A DNA stretch of 63,859 bases, counting the filler, from Choristocarpus tenellus KU-1152 (lineage: Eukaryota; Protista; Phaeophyceae), in assembly GCA_964200185.2 (NCBI GenBank). It is 12 parts of 12 records of this genome, joined end to end, with 100 filler letters (N's around TTAATTAATTAA, not from the genome) between each part and the next. Parts side by side here need not be neighbours in the genome. Positions count along the whole stretch, not along the records: positions 31,582 to 39,918 come from CAXNAD020004842.1; positions 40,019 to 44,959 come from CAXNAD020012443.1; positions 45,060 to 48,281 come from CAXNAD020021435.1; positions 48,382 to 55,914 come from CAXNAD020006006.1; 8 more parts are not named here. One strand, given 5' to 3'. The notes beneath the pieces were generated by a model, which saw only the letters and a list, made by a program, of their open reading frames with translations, was not told the origin of the DNA and searched no databases. A program made the translations under genes and the position numbers. Below are positions 37,700 through 51,500 of this stretch, one piece after another. Numbering within the stretch: position 1 is the first letter of the stretch; every line of letters starts with the position of its first letter.

Positions 37700-38900
37700 C
37701 CAAGGACCTGACGTCAATCAATTTTTTTGAGTCGGACAAATATGGTAGACAGTTTGTCGCCGTCCCTGACCTGATCTCGGTATTCTCCGAGTATTGGTCC
37801 CGAACTTGTTCGTGAGCAACGGTAAAAAATGAATCGGTTCCGATTCGAGAACATGACACTTACGAGCAAACCTTAGACCACTTGTGTCTACAGAATTTCG
37901 TTCACATGCATCCATCTGGGAACTCGTTGTTACAACACCAGGCCAGAAGTTTTTATGCCACCACCCATTTTGCATCATGGGATCAGTTGGTAGAGGAATT
38001 TACCCGCCAGTTCGCATCACAATTTCCCTTGGATGACTATTTTTGCACTACGATTCACTTACACATGCCAGAGTGGAAAAGAGCTCGGGCGTTTGACCAC
38101 AGAGTGGGGCAAACTGTAGACAATTTTGTCAGACTCATACCTGTCAACGAGGAAGGTCAACCAAGATTAGCCAACTTCTTAGCCATGTGTGTGTTCAATC
38201 TCGGAGCCCAACCCTCAATTTTGGGTGCCATCAGATCGTTCCCGAACCCCCCAAAAAATTTGGTGAACTGGTAGACGCCGCTGCTTTAGTGGATGCTTCA
38301 AGATCAGGCGAGTCAAATTACCTTAGAGGGTAGGGCCGCGTCCTTTTGGGGGCCAAAATCCAATGTTGGTATTTTGATGTGATTTTAGCTATCGTGTTTG
38401 TTAGGAAGTATCAATATCCTTGTTCTGGACACACGTTTTCATAATGTTCACATTTTACCTACTCCAAACCATTTCGGACTAGGTAAAATGCCATTAAAAA
38501 CCCATGGGAAGCCAAGCCCCAACTGGACAAACAGAGCAAAACTCGTACCCTCTAAGATACTTTCACTCGGGCCTTGAGTTTGGCGACCGCTCATATCGCA
38601 ATGTAACGGTTTCAACTTTGGTCGCAGAAAATGTATTCCTTGCAAGTCACAGAGAGTTACCGTTTTCTGACCTTGAGCCTGGATAGAAGTTGGCCCAAGA
38701 ACTACAAGCAGAGGTCCATATGTTGCGTGCAAAGAAACTGATTGGTCATATGTCAAATTGTGACCAGGTACCCACGCAAGGAAAACCCAAGAAAAAGCAT
38801 GTGCGCGCCGATTCAAAAAACCTGTTTTATGAATTTCTGGGCTGTGTTGCTAAATCTTGAAAGGGTCACCACACAGAGCGTTGTTTCTTCAACCCGGATG
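37700..38900 (+). pseudogene. Retrotransposon gag-like remnant
   Basis: ARSFY..FASWDQLVEEFTRQF..VGQTVDNFV resembles the retrotransposon gag SWxxLxxxFxxxF motif. Interrupted by a MITE. Confidence 0.5.
38310..38568 (+). mobile_element. MITE family A, 259 bp, TSD AGGC/GGGC
   Basis: GAGTCAAATTACCTTAGAGGGTAG...TACCCTCTAAGATACTTTCACTC. AGGC at 38306-38309, GGGC at 38569-38572. Confidence 0.92.
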
Positions 38901-39868
38901 GTGAGAATTATAAATCTGATTATCGTCCTCACGTGTTTGATAACCCCAACCCCAAGGCCCCCAATGAAATGATGCAACAATTTGATACAGCCCTTACTGC
39001 CTCATTGTCAGCAAAGGGTTCAGTGGAGGAATCTACTCCCCAAGATCAGACTATTCAGGGTACTTCAAAGGGAAATGGAAAAATCAACAAGCGTGTATAG
39101 GGGTGCCCAGCAGAAGTTGTTCCCTCTTCTTGTGTTGGTTCAGAGTCAGAGTTTATTGATAGGGCTTCTCATTTAGGATGTGTTAATCCATTGGTTTCCT
39201 TACCAGTAGTGAACAGTGTTCCTACAAATTGTCACGCAGATAGGCTAAGTAAAGAAAGACATGGGCAACACCTGCCTACACCAGATCTTTGCAATTTTTC
39301 TTTGGGATCTGACCCAGAATTAGACAACCAACCAAGTTGTCACTCAAATCGGCCACTTGATGCATTTGAACATGGTCTCAATCACAACCTACAATGGTTG
39401 ATCACTCAAAATGGTCAAATTAAAATCATCAGACTCATTTCGTTAATGCAATAACATCCTCAGCAGTAAAGCATTCTTCCAAATTTATTGGATCAGTGGG
39501 TGCAGACTTCATAGCATCTCGAATGTGTTGCACCAAGTAAGTGTGTTATTGGCATACATATTATGCAATTCAACATTACTCCAAACACCTTTGTACTTTG
39601 CAGGTTTCATCTTGTCGAGCATCGATTCGTGGCAAAATTGAAGATGATTCAGTTTCACACATCACAGTTGATACCGCAACTGACATCCCGGTCATTAGCT
39701 ATCGTTATATGTAAGCTCATCCCACCCTTTGTTCTGCTCACATCAGTCCTATACGAGATTGTGCCTTACATTTAAATGGGGCTGGGGAAGACCTTTGCAA
39801 GCACATAACTTTATTATATTTCAATTAACCTTGGGAAATAAAACACTACCTGTTCAAGCAGGTGTTCT

Positions 39869-39918
39869 GGGTCAAAGTATCTTGGGGGGGGGTGGTTTGT
39901 GAGAGGGCGTCCGTTTCG
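39869..39918. mobile_element. MITE family B terminus (contig end)
   Basis: GGGTCAAAGTATCTTGGGGGGGG. Confidence 0.8.
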
Positions 39919-40224
39919 NNNNNNNNNNNNNNNNNNNNNNNNNNNNNNNNNNNNNNNNNNNNTTAATTAATTAANNNNNNNNNNNNNNNNNNNNNNNNNN
40001 NNNNNNNNNNNNNNNNNNACGTTGACCTTTAAAAACATGTCGCCCAATTTGGCCTGGTGGAAGATTTTATTTGTTCGTGGTTTGCTGGATATCTGTATTC
40101 AAGCCTGACCTTTACATTTAAAAAAATTGGCCTCAGAAAAGATTTATCTTCTACTGGGTTTGCTGGCATTCTGTGTTCGAGCTTTGGCCGTAAAAAGAAT
40201 ATCCCATTGGGATGACCCCCTTAC

Positions 40225-42270
40225 TTGCCTGGTGGGAGGTGCCACAGATGCCTCTACGTGTTCTGTGTCGGGGGTAGGACATGGCTCTCCGATATGATGT
40301 ACGGACACAGCACTAAAGCGTTCTCTATCGTTGATGAATTCCGTGCGCTTCACTGCCGAGGATCTGAGGGTGTCGATCTTGACCTGCATGTCGGTTGCAG
40401 GTGCGCGTATCTCCGTGGACATTATCTCTCGCAGTGCCCTTGCCAATGGCGCAAACTTATTATCCTCGTCCAAAAACCAGGCAGCGAGGTCCTTCCAAGT
40501 GTATCTGTCTCCTTCTCCCATGTGCTGCCCGTATTGGTCGACAAACATGGAGTGGAATAGGTGGAGGATTTGATCTGTCTTGGACTTCTTCCATGACCGG
40601 AGAGTGCTCCTATTCGTTGGTCTCCCAACGCCCCGTTTCCTGAAAGGGGGATAGAGTAGTGGATAGAAGTAGGTTGTAACGGCGGGATGCCGGATGAGAT
40701 ACGTTTTGCAACTCGGAAGAGATGATCAAAATGTCCTGGTCTAATTGTGTGGAAAGCACGTGAACCATGTAGGGAAAATCGTAATGTTATAAGCCTTCCC
40801 CCTATGAAGCACTGATGCCATTATTTTGTAATATTTCCTTACCGAGGTAGATTTGACGGAAATCTCAATTTTCCCGAAATACTCTTTCCTGTAGTTTTGT
40901 GGTCACTAGATTTTTCTCTGGACCAGCGTCGTTCGGCGTTGGATTATAACCAATGCAAATGGTGTGCGTGTTTGAGGGGGAAGGCAATAGATTTATCCTT
41001 CCTTCATAATAAAACGACATTTTTGTCAATAGGAATTTGGACTTTTTCATTTTCCATATTCGCAATTCTTCCAAACGAAATGAAAAGGTTATTGTACAAG
41101 CCTTACCCTATGATACACTGGTGCCATTATTCCTGTAATTTCATTTCCGAGGTTGTTTTTCACGGAAATCTCAAATTGGGGAAATACTCTTTCCTGTAGT
41201 TTTGTGGTGGCTGGATTTTTCACTGGACCAGCGTCGTTTGGCGTTGGATTATAAACAATGCAAATCGGGTGCGTGTTTGAGGAGGAAGGCAATAGATTTA
41301 TCCTTCCTTCATAAAACGACATTTTTGTCAAGAGGTATTTGGACTTTTTCATTTTCCATTCTCGCAATTCTTGTAAACGAAACGAGAAGAATATATTATT
41401 ATTATGCCCTCTGACATTTTGCAGATGTGTCAGGGGGAAACCAATGAAAACTATATACATGTGTATATGCAAGGTTATTGTAGAAGCCTTACGCCTATAA
41501 AGCACTGGTGCCATTATTCCTGTAATTTCATTTCCGAGGTTGTTTTTACAGAAATATAGATTTTCGCGAATTACTCTTTCCTGTAGTTTTGTGGTGGCTA
41601 CATTTTTCTCTGGACCAGCGTCGTTTGGCGTTGGATTATAAATAATGCGAATCGGGTGCGTGTTTGAGGAGGAAGGAAATAGATTTATCCTTACTTGATA
41701 AAACGACATTTTTGTCAAGAGGTGTTTGGACTTTTCCATTTTCGATATTCGCAATTCTTGTAAACGAAATGAGAACGTTATTGTACAAGCCTTACGCTTA
41801 TGAAGCACTGGAGCCATAATTTCCTGCGATTTCATTTCCGATGTTATTTTTTAGGGAAATGTCCATTTTCAATACCCTGCGGATTTTCCGTACGTGTGAG
41901 GCTGTGACGATGACGTCATAATCTGCATCCATGAACTTATTTTTTCAATAGTTCAGTTCGAAATCGTATAATACGGTGCGGGAATTTGAATCTTGTTTGG
42001 TACGTATCAACTCTGAAATATTCCAGTATTATTCATGGTGGTGATGGGGGGTGAGCCATACCTTTTTGGGATTGGGGTGTGTCTGCCTTGCGAATCCGCG
42101 ACTGGAACCCATGCGTTGGTAACACCTCGTTACGGCCTTGGAGTGTCCATCCCACGCGTTAGAATCGATGGCTCTCGTCCCTCCCACGTACGGGGGTTCA
42201 CAGTGCTCTGGGATGCGAACCGCGAGGCCGCTCTCGATTCCCTGAAGAACAGCGGCGGATTTAGCCACGG
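40225..42270 (-). CDS. Unknown gene or pseudogene; exon 40225-40639, probable upstream exon ~42061-42270
   Basis: CCCCTTTCAG acceptor and GTAAGG donor bound an open exon KRGVGRP..GEGDRYTWKDLAAWF... The upstream exon has TGTAG/GTATGG borders but its phase does not match directly. Confidence 0.45.
40786..41870. repeat. Tandem array of ~300-bp units (3 full + 1 partial)
   Basis: Units start at ~40786, 41088, 41473 and 41777 and share TACTCTTTCCTGTAGTTTTGTGGT..TGGACCAGCGTCGTT.GGCGTTGGATTATA. An ~80-bp insertion lies at 41390-41470. Confidence 0.95.
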
Positions 42271-42970
42271 CTACAGGCAAACGGTAGGCGCGAAGATTGT
42301 ATTGGTGTAGCATCAGGCGCATGAGTGGTACACATTTTATATGTCGACTCTCGGTACGAACGACCGCCGTTGATCATTTTCAGTTTGATCTTTGCTCATT
42401 TTCCACGTTCTAATGCCTTCCTACAAACAGGTTGGTCGTACTTTGTTAGGGGAAAATTCAACGTCACAAACTCTTAAGGGTTCTTCATAAAGAGGAAATA
42501 GGACAATCAATGTTTTATCGAACCATATTTTTCATTGCGGAAATTTATAGTCCCTGGGAATGCACTGCGCTTTCCCGCTTCAACACGTTTCATATATCTC
42601 CCAGAGACCCCATCCAAGGCAAGATTTGTTTCCGTAGCACGACCAGTCCTGATCTTTAGGAAGATCTCTTTCTAATTATACCCCAAAGTATTCTCGATGC
42701 AGACACGAGGAAATCAAAAACGTGTGGTCAATGACTCGGAAACTCTGTTGTGGACCTTTCTCCTTGCGAGTGGTACAAATTCCCGTGTCCTGCTGATGTT
42801 GTATATTTCATACGTAGTGCACATTTACATGTTAACGATGAAGGATCCATGTTGTTTTCAAACTGGACGGCGACTGTCACTGCCCTCACAAGTTTGGTCT
42901 TCCGTATATAGCATGACATGGTGACGCCACCGTTCCCAAACACAACGTTCTTGTCTTCCTTTGTGCGTAG

Positions 42971-43945
42971 CTCCAAAAGCAAACCAGGATGCAATACTTT
43001 CTACGAATGTGCACAGATGTTTTGAGCGTCAAAGGCCCTGACATCCTTGGAGAGGACACTCCGGGAGGTTATACGTGGAAGGACATCGTGGAGACAGCCA
43101 CTGGTGTGTTCGCAGAGAAGGCTGCGGAAAAGTTGCCAACTGACCTGCTCTCCCTGTCCTACGTGGTGGGAAAAGAAAGTTTTCCGGAAGAATGGGTAAG
43201 AGCATTCTTATATCCTGGTCATCGCACTTTTACGACATTGATATCACATTCTGCACTACACAACATAACCTGATCACATGCCAAAGTGCTTACACAAAGA
43301 CTAAAACGCTCACAACATCCTACTTCTTGTCCTTGGCCACTCCATACGCAAATCGCCTCTTGCAGTTCTCCAGAACTCTGAAGGGTGTTCGTTGAAAAGA
43401 AAGAGAACACCATTAAGACCAAGAAACCTTCCGGGAAAGGCAAGCAAAAATTCAAGGAAGAAGTTGTGAAGGAGGCCAGCACATCCGGATGCGACACGGA
43501 CGAACTTCCCTTCGTCTCTGAAAGACAGAGAAATGCATACGCCAAGCGTATGCACATGAAGGAGGTGTTCATAGAGCAGGCAGTTCTGGAGATGGAGTTG
43601 ATGAAGATCAACAAACTCAAACTGCACCCCCAATCTACCAATCCTGCGAAAGACCCATACATCCTCTCGGAAGAGGTAATTTGTTTGATGCTCACGGTTT
43701 ACCCTCCCGACTTTATCACATGAGTATATCCTTTGGCAAACATTCTTATGCTCGTATCCGTATTCGGCATCAATGTGTAGAGGCTCTGGTCTGTGTAGAA
43801 ATGAACACATTTTCACTTCAAAAGTCCGCCCCTCTCCTGTGTTTCAAAGGTGGGAAGGAGATTGATCCTGAAAGGTGTTGACAAGGGTGACGTCTTCGCC
43901 AAGATCGTGGAAGCCTCCAATGGTGTTGCCTCCCCCAAGGACTAG
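42971..43945 (+). CDS. Unknown gene or pseudogene with short introns (exons ~42971-43195, ~43366-43675, ~43850-43945)
   Basis: AG/GT-bounded open exons LQKQTRMQYFL..GEDTPGGYTWKDIV..FPEEW and FVEKKENTIKTKK..PYILSEE. One frame inconsistency suggests decay. Confidence 0.5.
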
Positions 43946-46199
43946 AAGGTGAAGTCAAGCGTGCCAAAATAAACGTTTCACTGTATGATGATATTGGGAA
44001 CAGAGATGGAGGAGCAATGGGTCGTTTCTTTCTACGTTAGTGAAGAACAACCATCAGACCTGAAATATATTTTAGTCAAGTATACCATAGTGTATTGACA
44101 CGCAACCCCCTCTCCGCACTATAATCATGCAATTACATTGAAGGTCATTTGCCTACGTGTGGTACTTTAATAATATGTGTGTATAGGATGGAAGGTTGTG
44201 CTTGTGTGAGTGAGCCTATGCACATTTTTTGTTAATGTTAAGAATGGTAGAGCAATGTCAATCAAATTTTCTCTCCTAGATATATGTGTGTGTACCACAA
44301 TTATGTAACATCTTTAATGGGGGATGGACCCCTGCATTTTCTGCCTCTTAATACTGTGTGTATCGAGTATTGTCTAATCCTCTGAATGTTTTTTCCCACG
44401 ACCCCTAAGACCGAAATAGTGATTACATACATAATGATATTAACAACAGTCCTGGAATTTCTAATTTCTTCATCTTAAGGAATCAGAGTTACGCATGACA
44501 TTAGTATCATAATGTTTTTCACACTTGCAATGGATAATGATGTAGAACCAATTTACTTACTTTCTCTGGAGTTTCAACTTAAACATCCACGGCTCTCGTC
44601 TGCGACACCCCCCCCCTCCACAACACACGTTTCGAAAATGTCAAAGACAACCATAAACATTTCGTGTGGAACAAGAACACAAGTTGTAGACCCCGACCTC
44701 GATAGTGCATGTTCCTCACTTCCACACAGTAATTTCTAAATAGCTCGCCTTAAGGGCTGTTGTAGGGGTTTGAACACCACAGGCTACAACAAAAAATTAC
44801 ACTTGCCCCAAACCAGACGACAATACACAAAATATATTCTTAACACCTCTACTCCTGACATTCGTTTCCCGCGCCAATCCAGGTCCGAGGCGTGCCACCT
44901 GTGTTGTCATCGCGCCAGGCAACACCACCCATGGGGTCCACGACATGGACGATGTTTGGNNNNNNNNNNNNNNNNNNNNNNNNNNNNNNNNNNNNNNNNN
45001 NNNTTAATTAATTAANNNNNNNNNNNNNNNNNNNNNNNNNNNNNNNNNNNNNNNNNNNNGTGGGGGGGGGGGGTGACTACAACCCCTGCTCAAAAAGAGG
45101 GAATCTCCGGATGGGGGCCCGAAAAAATTCAGTGAAAGGAAACATGGGTGGCAGCTGGTGAGGTGGGCGAACTTGGATGTGGTTACTTCATCTGCGGGTT
45201 GGAAGGAAAGTGGCAAAAAATGTCACGTATTTATTTAGATTGTCGAGTGAGGTCGTTGAGGAGGTTAAGGGATGGTCTATGTACACCTGAGACTGGGTAT
45301 GGACAGGAAGAATCTTCATTGAGAAAATCGGCATGCTGAGAAAAAAAGGGAAGGGTTCGGGTCCCCCCAAGAGATAGAATAGGCCTGATCTCAGCTTTGC
45401 GGACTTCTCAGTGCAGATTATTTATTATTCCCATCCGTAACCGTGTCCGTGAGGCTCATGGATCGTCACATCCTTTATCTTCTGAATGGCCTCATTTAGC
45501 GATCAAGTTCTGTTCGTGGCACTTTTTGCCACTCTCCCCCGACTTGTAAATAGAACGGACTTGCCGAAGTGTGTCTGCCTCACGAGGTGCTGCCTGCTTG
45601 TTCTCCCTTTCATTGATCTCCCAGCTCCCTGCCTGGAGATTCTCTTACTGTGAGCAGCAGGGGTTCCAGTCATCCCCCCTTCGATGCATGGATCATGAAC
45701 TCCATTTCCCATCTGGAGGAGTTGACCCTCGGTTCCCTGGTGCATCCAATACCTTGGAGCCTGCCAGTAGTCCCACTACCTCGTTGTCCTTTCTTTGATA
45801 ACCTCATCCAGGATGAGGTTACACCATGGCGCTCTCCTCCCGCTGGGGGGTCCTACTACGTCATGTAGACCTTGAGGAGAAAACTCCTCAACGGGAACAG
45901 TGGATGACCCTGCTTGATTGACCCTCTGCTACCATGACTTGGTTGACATTGGTCAGGTCGTACTACAACCCTAGCCCTAGACGCTGCACCTGTAGAGAAT
46001 GCTAGTTACAACAGTGTGTTAAGTGGATAGATAGATGCACAAGATGGATCCCCCCTTTTTTTCAATGATCTGTATAATTAATAGTTGTTACCTAGCTGGG
46101 GCGCCAGGCAAGTGAGTGTGTTGCCTGAGGTAGGACTCCTCTTACCTCATCTTACAGCATAGACCGCACATGATCCTAGAGTTCATTCTGTTGTGTTCT

Positions 46200-47500
46200 C
46201 CCCTGACTATTTTAAGATTAACCTGGAACAGTGGATACCAGAGTTATAACTTGTTCAGTTACTCTACTGTTACAAGGTACTGTTTGCTTCATCCTAACAC
46301 TTTTGTCAAATGCCGTTCATCAAACCACCATTTCCTAAGTATTGTAGTACTCCACCATAAAACCTTGATATCTTGTTGTGTTGCGATCTTCTAAGGCTTT
46401 GGGGTCAGGTTCGTACATACCCATGACGATGAGGTCTCGATCACTATGGGGGACCCGCATCTTCCATCGCAGGTCCCTCACAGACCTATTTCTGAATTGT
46501 TCCGAGTATGTACTAAATAGAGAAAAAACAAAATCCTGAGCAAGTAATTTCTGCATTCACCTTGCCTTTTTTGGCCCTAGGAAATAGCCAAGGGTTGTGT
46601 ATACGCATGTATATGCTTCTCTCAGGCACTTCGTAGAGGGTGCATATACCACCCGCTTGCCTTACTCTACAGATCCTGAATAAGACCAAGATATAGCAAC
46701 AGGTTGAAGCTTTTGAGCAATTTTGGCGCAATTTGTTTGCTCTGCTCATGACATTGATTACCACATGCAGCAAAAGCCCGCACCAAACTACAGTCACGTT
46801 GTATAGATACCTAATCTACTAGATCATTGATGTAAGAACAAACACATGCATCATCCTGTGCATACAATCTGTGTTGAGGCTCCTTGCAGAGGTAAGAAAC
46901 AACAGCTCAAAAACTGTACCAGGTATATCCCAGTGTATACATTGTATTGAACCCTTGACAGGTTCGAGGGAGAGCCAGGCACTATTTGAAATCCAATACC
47001 TACACTAGTTAGTATGACAGCTTGTATACCACATTGAGCTAATGGGATGCAATCATCCTGCAACGCACCATTCCCTTTCCATGTTGATTTTACTCTTTTT
47101 ACTTCATGGTAAAACATGCTTCAAGTATATACCAGTGATATTCAAAGTAGTGTATACTACTATGAGTGCCATTAGTGTGCACGTGAGTTTTGCAGCACAC
47201 TGGTGACATGCTGTCATTCCACACACTCCGCCCCAGTTTGTTATCGAAACCCTCATCTCTGAATGTGTTCCTCTCCCTTGAATTTCCTATCCACCGCATA
47301 CACAGCTGGAGCTTTCAATCGAAAAGTTATGATTGGTGGGCATGCTGCCCTTCTAGCTGGACTTGGAATTATGTTCAGGAAACTTGACCCAGAGTCTCAT
47401 CCAAGCATCCAGACGTTCTACAAGCGCATCTGGGATCTTTTCTACCTAGAATATGCCCTGTACCCCTTCATTTAGGGACAGGATTTTGATGCCCTGTGGT
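46200..47500 (-). pseudogene. Probable decayed LINE reverse transcriptase
   Basis: EEHIQ.*GFR and GFQIVPGSPSNLSRVQYNVY resemble QxGFR and GvpQGspLSPxLFNIY in the expected order. Heavily interrupted. Confidence 0.35.
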
Positions 47501-48571
47501 TTGGACATTGGGTGGACACAGAATGGTGCCAAACCAACAGTGGAAGGAGGAAAGGGCATCTACTCTTTCTTCAGTGTAGGTGATGGGGGGTTGTTGAGTA
47601 GGCTGGAGGTAAAAGCAAAAAAAATATTATGACAACCTCAGGTGGAGATTTTGACTAATGGCAGGTAGGGTTTGAAAGATTCTGCATTTTGATATGTGGA
47701 GGGTGAACAAGGATGTTGCTACTACTTTGTTTTGTTCGCAAGTGATGGTGGAATGCTCTGGTAGGAGATAGAAGATACTAGTATGAAGGATAAGACGCTT
47801 GGGTTAAGGGTTGAGGCTGAAGGCAGTGGAGGATCAATAAGTTTGACTGGGATAGGAATTGGTAGTAGGAGGGAAAAATATGGTAGGATTCATGAGGTGG
47901 TGAGCCACTCTGAGAAGCTGGAGGCACCACACCTACAACTGAGTTTTGGTGGACTAGAGTGATTGATCCCTGTATCAGAAATCATGTCAGGGCAGGGAGG
48001 GAAGGAAGTATGGGGAGAGGCAGATATAATATGGAAGAGGAAGGCTGTGATGGCAGAGAAGGTTCTCCAAGAAGCGATTTAAAGATGAAGATGCACTTGC
48101 TTTTTGTGCCTGACTGGGTCCATCTTTTGCGACAAGCAAAGTCATGTGCTTCTGTTTCCCCTCCCCCCTTCAAACCCCTTCCCCGCCCTCTTTACCTACC
48201 CGCCAGCCGTCTCGATTGTCTTCTTACAACTACTAGTCAGCTTCTTCATCCTTCTACGAATCATACCCTAACCCATCTTCTNNNNNNNNNNNNNNNNNNN
48301 NNNNNNNNNNNNNNNNNNNNNNNNNTTAATTAATTAANNNNNNNNNNNNNNNNNNNNNNNNNNNNNNNNNNNNNNNNNNNNGGGGGGGGGGGGGGGGGGG
48401 GGATAAAATCACTACAACAGCTTGACTGAGGGGTTATTTATCCACACATGTGGTGATCCCAGGCAACAATCGCGTTTCATGAATAAAAAAAAAGAAAAGG
48501 CACTAAAAAAAATGCAATCCAGCATTCTATCCACTCTATATTGTTACACAAGTATCTGAAGAAGCACCAAC

Positions 48572-51500
48572 CTTGAGGCAGTCCAAGTCACCAGAAACCC
48601 TGTACACCTCATAGGCAGCGGTGACCAGGCTATGCTCACCAAGAATGAGACACTCAAGTGCATCCTCCTCCCCAGGCTCCAAGGACCCGTCTCCCTTCAT
48701 CAACGCCACCACCTTCCAAGCGCATCCATCAACAAGAAGATAAGCATAAAGGAGCATGAGGGTTAGGGATAGGAATGAAAAGTAGCAACAAAACCAGGTA
48801 GAGGTCATTCAACGCATGAATGCACACATATTCCTTTTCAAAATGTTTGATTCTACTCCACATGTTGGAGTAAATGACACATATGCGCTATTGGTGCTCC
48901 ATTTCGTTTAGCACTGTCATGAAGCGCCAACTTGCATCACTCTCACTCTCTGCAGTAAGAGTGAGAGTACCATAAATTGAGCTTGGTATAGAGGGGGATG
49001 AAAAATACACTTTTTGAGGTAGTTCCAAAACATACGACCAGGTGAGAGTCGCTGACAGGTGAGCTGAGTATCCCTTTCGCCCAGTGCTGGGCTACGGCAG
49101 AGGATACAGCGAGAAGCAGGAGGTTGAAGGATGGGAGTTGTGCAGGTAGTCTACTACACATGCTACTTGCCCTTGTTTCATTTGAGAGTATGTGAAGACA
49201 TCAAAAAAACCATTCGGCAAGTCAAATCCCTAGGAAGCGCAGAAGTATCATTGACCATATCTAGCAGATTTTGCCTGACCTCACAATAAAAAATGGTTGT
49301 TTTTACCGCTTCATTTCTACTGGTATTGGGAAATAATTGTCAGAAACTCTGACACATGCTAAGTAAGCTACACTGCTTGGATCTCTTCCAAACAAAAGAT
49401 GAGAAGCAAACGTTAAGACAATGTGAAGATCTGCCAAGATGAGGATACGCCTGCAACACTATTGATGTCTCAAAACACAGCACAGAAAAAAATATTGGGA
49501 AAGTTGAGGTTCTACTCACTCCTGCCCTTGAATGAAAATCTTTTGTAGTATGGATTACTGCCTATCATTTAAACACATAGCTGTTAAGGTAGACTTTCAA
49601 CTCTGGAAAAAAAGCTAGATATCTTTTGCGCAAGAACAGCCTCGACAGAGCAAGAGGCAACACTGCTCAGTAATAGTAGTGCAAAGATGCTCCTCTCATT
49701 CTTGAAGTAGAATGCAACTCACAATGTGTTGGGGAACTGCACCACAGCTGTTCCAAGTACTATTTGGACTTTGTCTACCCTGTGGCATATGAGACAGTAC
49801 CACATTAGGAAAGGCAATACATTCCACTCCACGGACTAGCTAGGTTTCAGATTGAGGTAAGAATCTCTCTTTTCATTTGGGGGAACATATTGTACACTGA
49901 CACATATCCCATGCTTCTCCACATAGGGGGACAGTTAAAACACAAGACACAAAATTTGATGACTGTAGACAATAACATTGCTTAGGGCAAGTTATGAAAA
50001 GCAGTCAAGAATTGATTTGGTGGATTAAAAAACATCTTTTGTCTGTGGAACCTTAACAGTAGCACAGCACATCCCTCTCAACATGTCCTAATTCTAAACA
50101 ACACATAGGCAACACAGAGTACAGGGGAAGGGGGTGAGTACCTACCTGCAGCAGTACACTCTGACGAAGTGCCCCCTCACGTCTTCCCATCCGCTCAACC
50201 TCCAAATCCTTATCTGTGCTATTAACTCCCAAACTGGTCGGGCATATTGCCTGATCCACATTGCTGTAGCCATGCTGTTCAAGGTCACCCACACTGTCCC
50301 TGACCCTGTTCCTACCTGTTTTCCCATCAACATTGTCATCCAAGTTGCTCCTATGCTTTCCATCTTCGACACCTCCAAAGCACCTCTTCTCTCTGCCCCA
50401 CTCACTCTCCCCAACACCACCCCAAACCCTTCCCATGCCTCCACTACACTTCTCCTCCACATCTCTCCTCTGGTATTGCGTTCCTCCTCTACTTGTCCAT
50501 ATCTCACCAGGATTTGGAGGTGCTGAAGGTGGCAAAGATGATCTCACAGGTTTCACCTGCAATAGCTCTGCCACATTGGCCTTCAACGATAGGGATTCTA
50601 GAAGAGAAGGCACATCATTAACTGCCCTCCAGCGACAGTATGTTTCCATCAGGTCTCCTTCAAGGTTGAGGGCACAGAGCTGAATCCAGAGGTAACCCTC
50701 TCTAGTTACCTGGTAAGGGTCGGGTGATATGCAGCACATTGGGGGCAAGGTAAGTGGCGAATCATGGATACCAATACAGATCAAAATAAATAGTACATCC
50801 TTGCGGTCAAAATGGATGAGAGGGAGTTCAGGTCAGGGATATGTGTATATAATCTCAGCATTGAAGGTTGGGCAGCTGTGGGAGTGCACCATCTGGACCA
50901 GGAAGAGGAAATACTTATGTTTCGGAGTTCATGCTGACTTCAATATTCTGAACCAAGCCTGGGGGAGGGAAAATGGATACACTACTTGTGGAGGAGGAAG
51001 AGCTGCAGGCTGGTGCTTTTCCAAATATGACCAACCTTTCCAGTGATGATGGCAATGTCAGCAAGCGTGATAATCTCAGCCTGGAAGCTGTGCACAAGTC
51101 CTCCAAGTGGAATCTCCTTCTCCCTGGCAACAATACCTGGATCACCATCTGCTGCCTGGCCACTATCATTGCTACTCTTCCTTTGTAACCTCCTCCCTGA
51201 CTGCAGCTGTTGTGCTCCACCTATCCTCACACCGTTGGCCACAATCTTGAGAATGGGCAAGAGGTGCTCCCTGTCATCGGAACCGCCAGGCGAAGCGCTG
51301 CTGATCGCTTCTGCGACTCGGCACGCCGTGACAACTACGACGTCCTCCAATCGGACGAGTGACATTAGAGCCTCGACCTCGCTGACTGTCAAGTCACCTG
51401 AAGCTGCAAGTCGCATGACTGCCGCAGGGGCTTCCCTCCCAGCATCCCACCAAGTTCTCCAGGAGAATTCGCTGGTTCCAACGGGTGGCGGAGGTGTGAG

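Noticed and set aside
40786-41870. CRISPR-like array
   Set aside because: Whole ~300-bp units are repeated with no unique spacers, there are no cas genes, and the context is eukaryotic.
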